Source: Anaerolineae bacterium (lineage in GTDB: Bacteria > Chloroflexota > Anaerolineae > UBA1429). Taken from it: a stretch of DNA of 64,000 nucleotides. Position numbers and translations under genes: made by a program. The notes under the pieces were generated by a model. The model saw only the letters and a program-made list of their open reading frames with translations, did no database searches and was not told the origin of the DNA. Below, piece by piece: positions 50,153-59,824 of this stretch (positions are counted from its first letter, which is position 1; every line of letters begins with the position of its first letter). Location of the stretch: the NCBI GenBank assembly GCA_963675785.1, contig OY776562.1:1056001-1120000 (forward strand), written 5' to 3'.

Positions 50153-51935
50153 TATGTTTTCGGCGGATCAACTGGTTGTTTGGCTACCCATAGCTGTTGC
50201 TCTCTTGTTGATTAATGGCATGATGTTCTTTCAGGTATGGCGCTCCCGTTCTCTGTGCTGGCGCTATGCGGGGGGGCGTCGGTTACTTGTCGACGTTCTT
50301 TTGGCGGATATTTGGGCGATGTGTGAACTGGGCATGTTATATGCCCATACGCTGACAACCGCCTTGTTTTTCTATCGATTGAATCTATGTATTGTTGCCA
50401 TCATCCCCATCATATGGCTCTCGACACTTCTTCCAGGCGAAAAATGGACCTTGAACAAATACCAGATATTGGTGCTTGTTAGCCTGGTGCCGATGACCAC
50501 AGTTGTGCTGGCTCTTACGAGCGATTATCACGATATGCTTATTGTCACCAGTACCTTTGCGCACATCAGCAGTCGTGCTAGTCTGGTGATTTCGCACGGC
50601 CCTTGGTTTCAAATCCACACAATTTACACATACCTGATATCTGCCTGGGTACTCGTACTCTCAGTAGTGCGTGCCCGTTCAAAAAACCATCTTCCCAAGG
50701 GAGTTCCGCTAGCCATCCAGGTTGCTGGCTTGATTTTGTTGGCTTTGTCCATCCCCTTTGTCGCTTCTGTTAGCGGCGTCCTCCCCCCTCTTACGGTTTC
50801 ACTTTGTGTGATCGCCTTTTGGTTTATTGCGTATGCATCATACGCTATGCAATCTGGTGATATACGACGTGCTGCCGAGGATGTTCTGGTTTCTGCGCTC
50901 CCTGATGCCCTTTTGGCAATCGACCAGGATGGACTTGTGCTTGATATGAACGCCAATGCGGAAGCCATTACAGGAGTCAGATTGGCTTATGCTCTGGGAC
51001 GACCAGCTACGCAGGTGTTTTCCATACAGCCCGAACTTGTTGCTGCGATAAAGGACGGTACTTTTTCCCGTGGAAGGCGCCTTGCGTTGGGCAGTGCCTA
51101 TTATGAGATTGCCTTTGTAGGCAAAGAGGAATTAGGGCCTGATTGCACTCTATATGCACTGACTGACGTAACGAACCAGGTTCATATTCAGCAAGAGCAA
51201 CGGCAATCCCAGGCCATGCTGCGAGCCTTTCTCGATCAATCGAGCGAAGCGATTGCCATTCTCGATGAGACGGCTACAGTCATTAGTTGGAACCCCGCCA
51301 TGGCACTTCTAACGGGCATCAGTGTGGTCAGTGCTTGCGGGCAACCTTTTGGTCTCATCTATGCTGATCTTGTGGCCACAGCTCACTCAGGTGGCCAGGA
51401 ATATCAAGAACTCTTGGCCTCTCTCAAGGGGCAGAATGCCGATGCTTTGCAAGTTGAACACGAGATTCGAGGCGCCGATGGGCGCATCCATTTCTTACAG
51501 ACAGGCGTGTTCCGTTTCGATACCCCGGTGGGTGTGCGCATAGCGCACATTAGTATCGATATTACGGATATCCGGGCTGCACAAAAGCACCGCGAAATTC
51601 TATTACAGGATTTGGAGCGGGCCAGTCATGAGCTAGACCGCTTGCGCAAGATGTTGCCGGTGTGTGCGTGGTGTGGGAACGTGCGTGATGACGAAGGTTA
51701 TTGGAAAAGCGTTGAGGAATACGTATCCAGCCGATTTGGTGCAACGGTAAGCCTGAGCATTTGTCCCGAGTGCCAGGCGGCTATCCGTAAGGCGCTGGAA
51801 AAGAACGATGATGGCAACATTGAGCAGGCTCTGTTGGCAGCCGACATTCACCCACGCTTTGAAATCACCGAATCTGCACTGACCGATGCACTGACCTTGG
51901 CTGGATTATTGCCACGGAAAGATCCTACTTCCTAA
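50142..51935 (+). CDS. Paralogous 7TM + PAS protein with C-terminal Cys-rich domain
   Basis: 'LALTSDYH..L', 'GPWFQIHTIYTY', two PAS segments, 'LPVCAWCGNVRDDEGYW...SLSICPEC'. Confidence 0.72.
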   Translation: MVTDMFSADQLVVWLPIAVALLLINGMMFFQVWRSRSLCWRYAGGRRLLVDVLLADIWAMCELGMLYAHTLTTALFFYRLNLCIVAIIPIIWLSTLLPGEKWTLNKYQILVLVSLVPMTTVVLALTSDYHDMLIVTSTFAHISSRASLVISHGPWFQIHTIYTYLISAWVLVLSVVRARSKNHLPKGVPLAIQVAGLILLALSIPFVASVSGVLPPLTVSLCVIAFWFIAYASYAMQSGDIRRAAEDVLVSALPDALLAIDQDGLVLDMNANAEAITGVRLAYALGRPATQVFSIQPELVAAIKDGTFSRGRRLALGSAYYEIAFVGKEELGPDCTLYALTDVTNQVHIQQEQRQSQAMLRAFLDQSSEAIAILDETATVISWNPAMALLTGISVVSACGQPFGLIYADLVATAHSGGQEYQELLASLKGQNADALQVEHEIRGADGRIHFLQTGVFRFDTPVGVRIAHISIDITDIRAAQKHREILLQDLERASHELDRLRKMLPVCAWCGNVRDDEGYWKSVEEYVSSRFGATVSLSICPECQAAIRKALEKNDDGNIEQALLAADIHPRFEITESALTDALTLAGLLPRKDPTS

Positions 51936-52013
51936 AGGCGACAATCTCTCCCTTTTCCTTAACTCCGAGTGCTATTATACTGATGGCAAGGATAGTTTTC
52001 GGGGAGGACGCAC

Positions 52014-52544
52014 ATGGAGCTTGAGGGCAAAGCAATTACCCTGGGAACACTTGAGCGCCAGGACTGCCAAGAACTCTGGCGTTCGTACGAACCGCTCGAC
52101 CCTCCTACTGAACCCTTTAGGATGGGGTTGTCTTGCGAGTGCGCGAACGATTGGTTTGATGACATTCAGCAAAAGCAGGGCACGGCGCAGCTCTACCTCG
52201 GCATATTTGTCAAAGAGAGGGCGGTGGGTGATATTCAACTGGCTGAAATCAACTGGGTGAATCGTTCTGCGTCTTTGGGAATGAGTATCGCGCGCCATCA
52301 GGATCGTCGACAGGGCTATGGGACAGAAGCAGCTCGCCTGATTCTCAAATATGGCTTTGATCACCTTGGCCTTTATCGCGTTACTGCATCCATCGTCGAA
52401 TTCAACATGGGCATGGAACACGTTCTTTTGCGTTGTGGATTCACACGAGAGGGGCGCCAGCGCCAAGAAATATGGCGCAGTGGACGACGCTGGGACCGCT
52501 TGCTCTATGGCTTGATTTGTTCCGAGTTTCGGATGACTGACTAG
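52014..52544 (+). CDS. GNAT (RimJ/RimL-like) acetyltransferase
   Basis: 'RRQGYGTEA', 'FDHLGLYRV', 'GFTREG'. Confidence 0.85.
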   Translation: MELEGKAITLGTLERQDCQELWRSYEPLDPPTEPFRMGLSCECANDWFDDIQQKQGTAQLYLGIFVKERAVGDIQLAEINWVNRSASLGMSIARHQDRRQGYGTEAARLILKYGFDHLGLYRVTASIVEFNMGMEHVLLRCGFTREGRQRQEIWRSGRRWDRLLYGLICSEFRMTD

Positions 52545-52625
52545 AGAGCTAACTCGCCGGGGACAAAGTACACCCCGATACACATGTCGAACACCCATCT
52601 ATTCGTTGTTGATTTGGAGAAGACT

Positions 52626-54389
52626 ATGGTAAAGAGAAGTGAGTATCCCCGTCCGCAATTCGTTCGTGAGAACTGGCTGAATTTGAACGGCACCTGGGAG
52701 TTTGAGATTGATCACGGGGCTTCTGGCGAAGAGCGCCAGCTTTTTTCCGCCGATCACCTCGACGACCATATTGAGGTGCCTTTTTGCCCCGAGAGCAAAC
52801 TTTCGGGCGTAGGCTATACGGATTTCATGGCTTCGGTATGGTATCGTCGGACCTTCGAGATTCCCGAAGAATGGGCTGGCAAGCGCGTCTTGTTGCATTT
52901 TGGCGCTGTAGACTATGACTGCTCTGCCTGGATCAACGGTATCAAGATAGGCACACATCAGGGGGGCTCTTCTTCGTTTACATTCGAAATCACTCAGGCA
53001 CTTCAAGCGGGCAAGAATGTTATCGTTGTCAATGCCTTGGATGATACCCGTTCCATGCTTCAGCCCCTGGGTAAACAATCCTTTGATTATTCTTCCCACA
53101 ACTGCAATTACACACGCACAACAGGCATTTGGCAGACGGTTTGGTTGGAGGCTGTTCCTGCAACGTACATGGAAAGACCTCGCCTTACGCCAGATCTGGA
53201 CAACGGTAGCCTGCACATTGAGCAGCGTATCACTGGGCCGGCAGACGGGCTTAGGCTAGAGGCCCGTGCCTTTGCAGATGGCAAACTGGTTGCTACGGGA
53301 ATTTGCTGGGTGAGTGGCGGCTGGGGACGACTGACACTCAAGATCGAGGAGATCCGTGCCTGGTCTCCCCAGGACCCCTTCCTCTATGATCTTAATCTCA
53401 AGCTAGTGCGCGACACTGGAGACGAGCAGGCTTTGCTGGATTCGGCCTATGCCTACTTTGGTCTGCGTTCGGTAGATATCAGAGGATTGGCCGTCCTGTT
53501 GAACGGTGAACCGGTTTTCCAGCGGCTTGTGCTGGATCAGGGTTTTTATCCTGATGGCATTTGGACCGCCCCGAGCGATGATGAATTGCGTCTTGATGTA
53601 GAGCGTGGCCTGGCTATGGGCTTTAACGGCGCTCGCCTTCACCAAAAGGTATTTGAGGAGCGTTATTTGTACTGGTGTGATTGCCTGGGGTATCTGGTGT
53701 GGGGAGAATATCCCTCTTGGGGAGTTGACGTCACGCTGCCCGAGGCCACGTTACGTTATGCCACCGAGTGGCAGGACATCATGGAGCGCGATTATAACCA
53801 TCCTGCAATCGTGGGGTGGTGCCCGTTCAACGAGACCATCGATCGGCGAATTCACTATGTGGATATGAACCCCCATGATGCGCGCTCAGTGCGGCTCCTT
53901 TATGAGATGACCAAACGCTATGACATGACTCGCCCGGTTGTGGACGCATCGGGCTATACCCATGTGATTACCGACCTCTTTGATGTGCACGATTATGACC
54001 AGAATCCGGCTACCTTTGCCGAGCGGTATCGTCCACTGGCTGAAGGTGGGGAAGCATTTGTGCGCTTCCCGGAGGTTTCTTCTCCCTATATGGGGCAGCC
54101 TTATTGGGTCAGTGAATACGGCGGAATTTGGTGGGACCCCGCGCAGGCGGCAGAGGGCTGGGGTTACGGCGAACGACCAACTAGTGAGACAGAGTTTATC
54201 GAGCGCTACCGTGGATTGACAGAGGCCTTGCTCAACCATCCGGCGATGTGTGCCTTTTGCTATACACAGCTTACTGATGTAGAGCAAGAGGTGAACGGCC
54301 TCTATACTTATGATCGCAAGCCCAAGTTCGATCCAGAAATCATTCGTGCGATCAATGCACAGCCAGCAGCCATAGAGAAGAAAGCGTAA
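52626..54389 (+). CDS. Glycoside hydrolase family 2 (beta-galactosidase/glucuronidase)
   Basis: 'EYPRPQF', 'HFGAVD', 'GIWQTVWLE', 'LDQG', 'RLHQK', 'FNE', 'SEYGG', 'YTQLTDVEQEVNG'. Confidence 0.92.
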   Translation: MVKRSEYPRPQFVRENWLNLNGTWEFEIDHGASGEERQLFSADHLDDHIEVPFCPESKLSGVGYTDFMASVWYRRTFEIPEEWAGKRVLLHFGAVDYDCSAWINGIKIGTHQGGSSSFTFEITQALQAGKNVIVVNALDDTRSMLQPLGKQSFDYSSHNCNYTRTTGIWQTVWLEAVPATYMERPRLTPDLDNGSLHIEQRITGPADGLRLEARAFADGKLVATGICWVSGGWGRLTLKIEEIRAWSPQDPFLYDLNLKLVRDTGDEQALLDSAYAYFGLRSVDIRGLAVLLNGEPVFQRLVLDQGFYPDGIWTAPSDDELRLDVERGLAMGFNGARLHQKVFEERYLYWCDCLGYLVWGEYPSWGVDVTLPEATLRYATEWQDIMERDYNHPAIVGWCPFNETIDRRIHYVDMNPHDARSVRLLYEMTKRYDMTRPVVDASGYTHVITDLFDVHDYDQNPATFAERYRPLAEGGEAFVRFPEVSSPYMGQPYWVSEYGGIWWDPAQAAEGWGYGERPTSETEFIERYRGLTEALLNHPAMCAFCYTQLTDVEQEVNGLYTYDRKPKFDPEIIRAINAQPAAIEKKA

Positions 54390-54395
54390 TAGTGA

Positions 54396-54433
54396 CGAGC
54401 GGAACGCATGTCTGTGTTCCGCTCTCTATTTTT
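54396..54433 (+). terminator. Probable terminator
   Basis: GAGCGGAACGCA / TGTGTTCCGCTC stem followed by a T run. Confidence 0.55.
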
Positions 54434-54444
54434 CGAGGTGAGAC

Positions 54445-56115
54445 GTGGCCAAAAGTTCTGATTTGCTGCGTCGAGAGTATTTCAAGCACAAAAGCAGGCG
54501 TAGAACCAGGCAATTTCGAACCCGCGATGCGCTTGGCACACAGTTCGATTATGAAGCCGAGCTCCTCTTGCGTCAGCTTGCCGAAGCTACGCCTGTTTTG
54601 CTGTGGATACGGCGCGTGGACCAGGAGCGCGTGCTCTATGTGAATGATGCTTACGAGCGCGTAACGGGACTTGCAGCCGACGATCTCTACAGCGACCAGT
54701 CGGCCTGTTTGGCTGCTATCCTACCGGAAGATCGCGATATCGCACGTGTTGCCCTTGTGACGCCCAGCACTGCAGGCATACAGGGTAGTATGCGGGTGTT
54801 GACTGTCGATAACGGCGTGTGCTGGTATTCGGTGAACGTATATCGCGTCATGGATCCCGACGATGGGGTTGAGCTGGATATAGGTCTCGCCATTGATGTC
54901 ACCCAAGTGCACGAACAAGAAGAAAAAGTTAAACTACGAAATCGTGAACTCTCTCTGCTCAACGAGGTGGCGGCACATTTGGGTGGGCTCATCAGTGCTG
55001 AGGAGGTCTACAGCGCTATCGAAAACCTCGTGCGGGATCAGATGGACATCTCTTCCGGCCTGGTACTGCGGTGCGTCTATCCTGATCTTCTCGAGTTGGC
55101 CTATCAGTGGGGTTTTTCACAAGTTGAGACAACCCAGATACACACTCAAATTGATTCGGTTGATGCAGAACTGGCGCGCGAGTTTTTGATGGATCCCAAT
55201 CCCATAACCTTACGCGTTGCCGAGCATCAGTTTCTTCGCAATCTAGTCCCAAGCCATAACACGGCTACTCGCGATATTGTCACGGCAGTGCCCATCATCG
55301 CGCCAAGCAATGAACTGGCTGGTTTGATTATGTTCTTCAGCGATCAAGAGATCGACAATGATCATTCGCCCACTCCCTTTTACGAGCTTTTGGGGCGCCA
55401 AATGGGCGTAGCACTGGAGACTGCCTCTCTCTTTGATAATGTTCGTCAGCAGCGCTCGCGCTTGCAGACGCTTTCGCGCAAGCTGGTGAATATTCAGGAG
55501 AGCGAAAGGCGTGTCATCGCTTTAGAGCTGCATGATGAGGCCGGGCAGGCGCTTACGGCTATTCGGGTCAAGCTCTCACTGTTGCAAGAAGAACTGGATC
55601 ATGAGCAAGACAAGCAGCGGGTGCAAGAAGTGATTGATTTGACCTATGATGTGTTGGAATCGCTTCGTAGCCTCGCGACTGGTTTGCGCCCCGCTGCATT
55701 GGATAGGGCCGGCCTGGCGCCTGTGCTGCGTGAGTATGTCGAATCCTTTGCCGAACGCGAACGGATTGTTGGCGGTTTCGATTCCAGTTTGGGTGATGCT
55801 GTGCTTCCGTCCATAACAGAGATCGTGCTTTATCGCATCGCACAAGAGGCGCTAACGAATGTTTCCCGCCATGCCCGCGCGCGGCGTGTCGATGTTCTAC
55901 TTCGTGCCCGTAAAGGATCCATTGTGCTCATAATCGAGGATGACGGCGTAGGTTTTGACCCTTCCTCTATACAGCAGGAAGGACACTTGGGCTTGTTGAG
56001 CATGCAAGAACGGGCCGAGATGGTGGGCGGCAGGCTCAAGATAGAAACGCAACCCGGTGCGGGGACGACGATCATAGCGGAGGTTCCCATTGCCGATTCA
56101 AGTAGTTCTGGCTGA
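54445..56115 (+). CDS. PAS/GAF sensor histidine kinase (HisKA_3, NarX/NreB type)
   Basis: 'ERRVIALELHDEAGQALT', 'QEALTNVSRHA', 'DDGVGF', 'GLLSMQER'. Confidence 0.9.
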   Translation: MAKSSDLLRREYFKHKSRRRTRQFRTRDALGTQFDYEAELLLRQLAEATPVLLWIRRVDQERVLYVNDAYERVTGLAADDLYSDQSACLAAILPEDRDIARVALVTPSTAGIQGSMRVLTVDNGVCWYSVNVYRVMDPDDGVELDIGLAIDVTQVHEQEEKVKLRNRELSLLNEVAAHLGGLISAEEVYSAIENLVRDQMDISSGLVLRCVYPDLLELAYQWGFSQVETTQIHTQIDSVDAELAREFLMDPNPITLRVAEHQFLRNLVPSHNTATRDIVTAVPIIAPSNELAGLIMFFSDQEIDNDHSPTPFYELLGRQMGVALETASLFDNVRQQRSRLQTLSRKLVNIQESERRVIALELHDEAGQALTAIRVKLSLLQEELDHEQDKQRVQEVIDLTYDVLESLRSLATGLRPAALDRAGLAPVLREYVESFAERERIVGGFDSSLGDAVLPSITEIVLYRIAQEALTNVSRHARARRVDVLLRARKGSIVLIIEDDGVGFDPSSIQQEGHLGLLSMQERAEMVGGRLKIETQPGAGTTIIAEVPIADSSSSG

Positions 56116-56740
56116 TGACCATGGCGTACTCCGTGCGGGGCTAAAGGCTTTGCTCGAGGCTCACCCGGATATTGATGTTGTGGGCGAAGCTTCTACAACG
56201 GATGAGGCTTTCAACGAGATCATACGAACTCAGCCAGATATCGCCCTGGTTGATATCGGCATGCCCGGAGAAGGAGGCATTGCCCTGACTCGTCGTGTCG
56301 TCGAGTCAGGCATCGATACGCGCGTATTGATACTAACTTTGCATGAAGATGTAACGCTGATGAAAGCAGCTCTATCTGCTGGCGCCAAGGGCTATATCGT
56401 CAAACGGGCTGTGGATTCCGAGCTTTTGGATGCGATCCGCGCTGTAGATTGCGGCCAGATTTACGTACATCCCCTTATGACCAGCGCTCTGCTAGAGTTC
56501 ATGGATGTGCCCATCGGAGGAACCAGCAATTGTCAAGAACCAGTCGAGAGCCTGACACCGCGCGAAGAAAAGATACTTGGTTTGATCGCCGAGGGCTATA
56601 CGAATCGGGAGATTGCCGAGATTCTGGACATCAGTGTGAGGACTGTGGAAACCCACCGAGCAAACCTGTGTGACAAGCTGGGGACGAATAGCCGGGTTGA
56701 GCTGGTGCGCTACGCTCGGGAGCACGGGTTGATAACCTAG
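56090..56740 (+). CDS. NarL/LuxR-family response regulator
   Basis: 'LADDH', 'DIGMP', 'GYIVK', 'LTPRE...GYTNREIA...TVETHR'. Confidence 0.93.
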   Translation: MPIQVVLADDHGVLRAGLKALLEAHPDIDVVGEASTTDEAFNEIIRTQPDIALVDIGMPGEGGIALTRRVVESGIDTRVLILTLHEDVTLMKAALSAGAKGYIVKRAVDSELLDAIRAVDCGQIYVHPLMTSALLEFMDVPIGGTSNCQEPVESLTPREEKILGLIAEGYTNREIAEILDISVRTVETHRANLCDKLGTNSRVELVRYAREHGLIT

Positions 56741-56750
56741 CAACTCTTGT

Positions 56751-56795
56751 ACAAAGAGGGCATACGTAGTTTCTACGTATGCCCTCTTTGTTGTT
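56751..56795 (+). terminator. Rho-independent terminator
   Basis: ACAAAGAGGGCATACGTAG-ttt-CTACGTATGCCCTCTTTGT perfect 19-bp stem. Confidence 0.8.
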
Positions 56796-57134
56796 CTACG
56801 TACTCAATCTCATTATTCTTGATGAAATTTTGCAGTGAACTACCCTTATGCCCATTCTGCCGTGCTGCTATATTAGTGACAATGGGAATGGATGTGCGAA
56901 TGCCGGGCTCAAAGAGTTTAGAAGAACGCGTTCAGGAACAACTAGAGATTTGGGAACAAGAGATTGCGCAGCTCCGATCTCATCAGTTGCCTTCTGAACC
57001 TCTGGCAACGCGATACATGCAAACATGGCGCATTCGTCGCTCAACACTTTTTAGGCATGTGTTGCTTTGTATCGGCCGATGGTTTGTGCATCTATACGGC
57101 GTTGTATTTCCAGGACGAAGAAGGAGAAGGTTAC

Positions 57135-58658
57135 ATGGCAGCCTCTAAGGTTACAGAGCTGGTACGAACAGGCAATGCGATCATTATCGATGGGGAGGAG
57201 ATGCTTCCACGACAGCGTCCCCAGCTCTCCAAGCGTGATATGGGGTTGTTGAATTATGCAGCAGAGCACGCCGTATCACTTGCCCATAACAGGCGTTTAC
57301 GAACGATTGTTTTGAACAATGTCAAAGAGCGTCTTGCGAATCCAGCGCAGCCTTCTCCACGTTCTCAAGGTGTCACAGAAGATCGACAGGCATTCAGTCA
57401 AGCCATTATGGCCACCGTCGAGCGAGCGCTTGAGAATGAGCGCCTTTCGGATGCCTATATCGATCGTCTTGCCAGCGTGCTCCTGATTGAACAATTGGTC
57501 AAAGGTGGAGACTGGGAGGCGCGAGAGAAATTCCAGCAAGAACGTGGTTGCAACCCTCCTGGTTTTATGGTGATTAGCCCTTGTAAGCAGTGCAATTTGC
57601 AGTGCGCGGGTTGTTATGCCAGTTCGACCGCTCCTGACAAGAACAAATTGAGCTGGGATGTGTTTGATCGGGCTCTGACCGAAATCCACGATCTCTGGGG
57701 TATAAAATTCGTGGTCGTCAGTGGTGGTGAACCCATGATGTATCGTGACCAGGGGCGTGATCTGATTGATATGGCTCAGGCCCATCCCGGACTGTTCTTT
57801 ATGTTCTATACCAATGGAACGTTGATAGGCGATGAAGAGGCAAAAAGAATGGCCTCTGTTGGAAACCTGATACCCTGCATCTCGATTGAAGGCTTTGAAG
57901 AAGCGACGGATGCTCGCCGTGGTAAAGGCACCTGGGCCAAGATCATGGCGGCCACCGATCGTCTCAATAGCGCCAAGGTTCCCTTTGGTGTCTCGATGAC
58001 AGCCACCAACCAAAACTATCAAGAACTGCTCTCTGACGAGTTACTGGATCTCTTCTTTACTGAAAAGGGCGCCATTATCGGCTGGATATTCCAGTTGATG
58101 CCCATTGGCCGAGCGGTTTCGCTAGACTTGATGCTAACGCCGGAACAGCGCCTGTGGATGTGGCAGCGAACCTGGGAGCAGATTCGCAAGCGCGGCATCT
58201 TCTTGGCAGACTTTTGGAACAGCGCGACCGTTTGCGAGGGTTGTGTGTCGGCGGGGCGGCCTGGTGGATACCTGTATATTGACTGGGATGGAAAAGTGGC
58301 CCCGTGCGTGTTCAATCCCTATTCGCCGATCAATATCAACGACGTGTACGCCAAAGAGGGCACCACCATTACCGATGCCTGGGCTGATCCCTTCTTTGAA
58401 GCCATTCGCACGTGGCAATATCGTTATGGATTCCGTGACGGCGGCAACAAGGAACCAAAGAACCTGCTGATGCCGTGTCCCATTCGCGACCACCATGCCG
58501 AAATGGTGCAGATGATCCGCGAGTATGAGCCAGACCCGGTTGATGAAGCCGCAACGGTGGCTCTTGAAGACCCAGACTATCACCGAGGTTTGGAAGAGTT
58601 TGACCGTGAGCTGGCTGCCAAGTCTGAGCCGATCTGGCGAGAAAAGTACGTTGATTAA
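57135..58658 (+). CDS. Radical SAM protein with SPASM/Twitch-like C-terminus
   Basis: 'CNLQCAGC', 'SGGEP', 'YTNGT', 'GCVSAGR..GY.YIDW.G.V.PC', 'PCPIRDH'. AAGGAG-like RBS. Confidence 0.88.
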   Translation: MAASKVTELVRTGNAIIIDGEEMLPRQRPQLSKRDMGLLNYAAEHAVSLAHNRRLRTIVLNNVKERLANPAQPSPRSQGVTEDRQAFSQAIMATVERALENERLSDAYIDRLASVLLIEQLVKGGDWEAREKFQQERGCNPPGFMVISPCKQCNLQCAGCYASSTAPDKNKLSWDVFDRALTEIHDLWGIKFVVVSGGEPMMYRDQGRDLIDMAQAHPGLFFMFYTNGTLIGDEEAKRMASVGNLIPCISIEGFEEATDARRGKGTWAKIMAATDRLNSAKVPFGVSMTATNQNYQELLSDELLDLFFTEKGAIIGWIFQLMPIGRAVSLDLMLTPEQRLWMWQRTWEQIRKRGIFLADFWNSATVCEGCVSAGRPGGYLYIDWDGKVAPCVFNPYSPININDVYAKEGTTITDAWADPFFEAIRTWQYRYGFRDGGNKEPKNLLMPCPIRDHHAEMVQMIREYEPDPVDEAATVALEDPDYHRGLEEFDRELAAKSEPIWREKYVD

Positions 58659-58680
58659 TTAGCTATCTTCCCCCCCTTGA

Positions 58681-58714
58681 GCGGGGCTGAAGGCAATGGT
58701 GCCTTCAGCCCCGC
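58681..58714. terminator. GC-rich hairpin (terminator or REP-like)
   Basis: GCGGGGCTGAAGGC / GCCTTCAGCCCCGC. Shares GGGGCTGAAG with the hairpin at about 30631. Confidence 0.55.
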
Positions 58715-58844
58715 CGTCCCCTTGAACTTGGCACAAGCAGGCACGCCATACATTTGTTCACATACTGTTAACATAACCCCTCTTGACCCCCTTTGCATTC
58801 AGATGCTATGCTTCTTGCTAATAAACTGGTCTGGGAGAATAGCG

Positions 58845-59747
58845 ATGCTCAAAAGGCTACTTGTTCCTATCCTGCTCTTTGTCATTTTCTTAACCCTTGG
58901 CATAGTAGCCTGGCAGTCCACAGGCATGATCCTGGGACTGGTGAATTTTGGCTATCTGGGCCTGTCGTTAGGGCTCGGATTGGGACTCTATGCAACCCTG
59001 CCGCGAGAAAAAAAGCCCATTGGTCGCCGTGTTGCCCTCTTCATGGTGGGCATCTATCTGCTGGTATTCATGGGCGTCGTCGGCCGCGAGAATATCCAGA
59101 TCGAAGGCTTTTGGTTTGCCTTGATGACGGGGGTGGTGCAGGCGGGCATCATGCACTATCTCATCGCCAAGATCATTGGCCCCTTGATTTTTGGGCGGCT
59201 ATGGTGCGGTTGGGCCTGCTGGACGGCCATGGTACTGGATCTGCTGCCCTTCAAACGTCCGCAGGGGCGAGTTCGCAATCGAGGCTGGATTCGTTACGCC
59301 CATTTTGCTCTGGGCCTCGTCTTGGCTCTGGGGCTCTACTATGGCGCGGGGTTTGCGGCGGCCGCCAATAACTTGGCGGCTGTCATTTGGTTCATTGCTG
59401 GTAACGTGCTCTATTACGCTTTGGGAATTGGCCTTGCCTATGCGCTCAAGGACAATCGTGCCTTTTGCAAGTACGTTTGCCCCATCACCGCCTTGCTCAA
59501 GGTGGGCACGCACGTCTCGCTCTTGCGCGTGGGCACCGACCAGGATGCCTGCACGCAATGTGGTGCCTGTTCTCGCTCCTGCCCGATGGGTATCAATATT
59601 CCCCAGTATGTGGCTGAGGGCACGCGCGTCATGTCCACCGAATGCACCCTTTGCCAGACCTGTGTAACCACCTGTCCCCACGATGCCCTCAAGCTGAACC
59701 TGGGCCTGGATATCACCCGCAGTGAAAAACTGATCTACCGCGACTGA
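58845..59747 (+). CDS. Membrane 4Fe-4S binding protein (NapH/MauN-like polyferredoxin)
   Basis: TM helices, 'GRLWCGWAC', 'FCKYVCP', two CxxCxxCxxxCP motifs. Confidence 0.85.
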   Translation: MLKRLLVPILLFVIFLTLGIVAWQSTGMILGLVNFGYLGLSLGLGLGLYATLPREKKPIGRRVALFMVGIYLLVFMGVVGRENIQIEGFWFALMTGVVQAGIMHYLIAKIIGPLIFGRLWCGWACWTAMVLDLLPFKRPQGRVRNRGWIRYAHFALGLVLALGLYYGAGFAAAANNLAAVIWFIAGNVLYYALGIGLAYALKDNRAFCKYVCPITALLKVGTHVSLLRVGTDQDACTQCGACSRSCPMGINIPQYVAEGTRVMSTECTLCQTCVTTCPHDALKLNLGLDITRSEKLIYRD

Positions 59748-59824
59748 CGCCGACACGGGGTTTAGATCATAACAAAGAGCAGAGCCGTTCTGGCCCTGCT
59801 CTTTTGTGGTATAGGGCGATGCGC

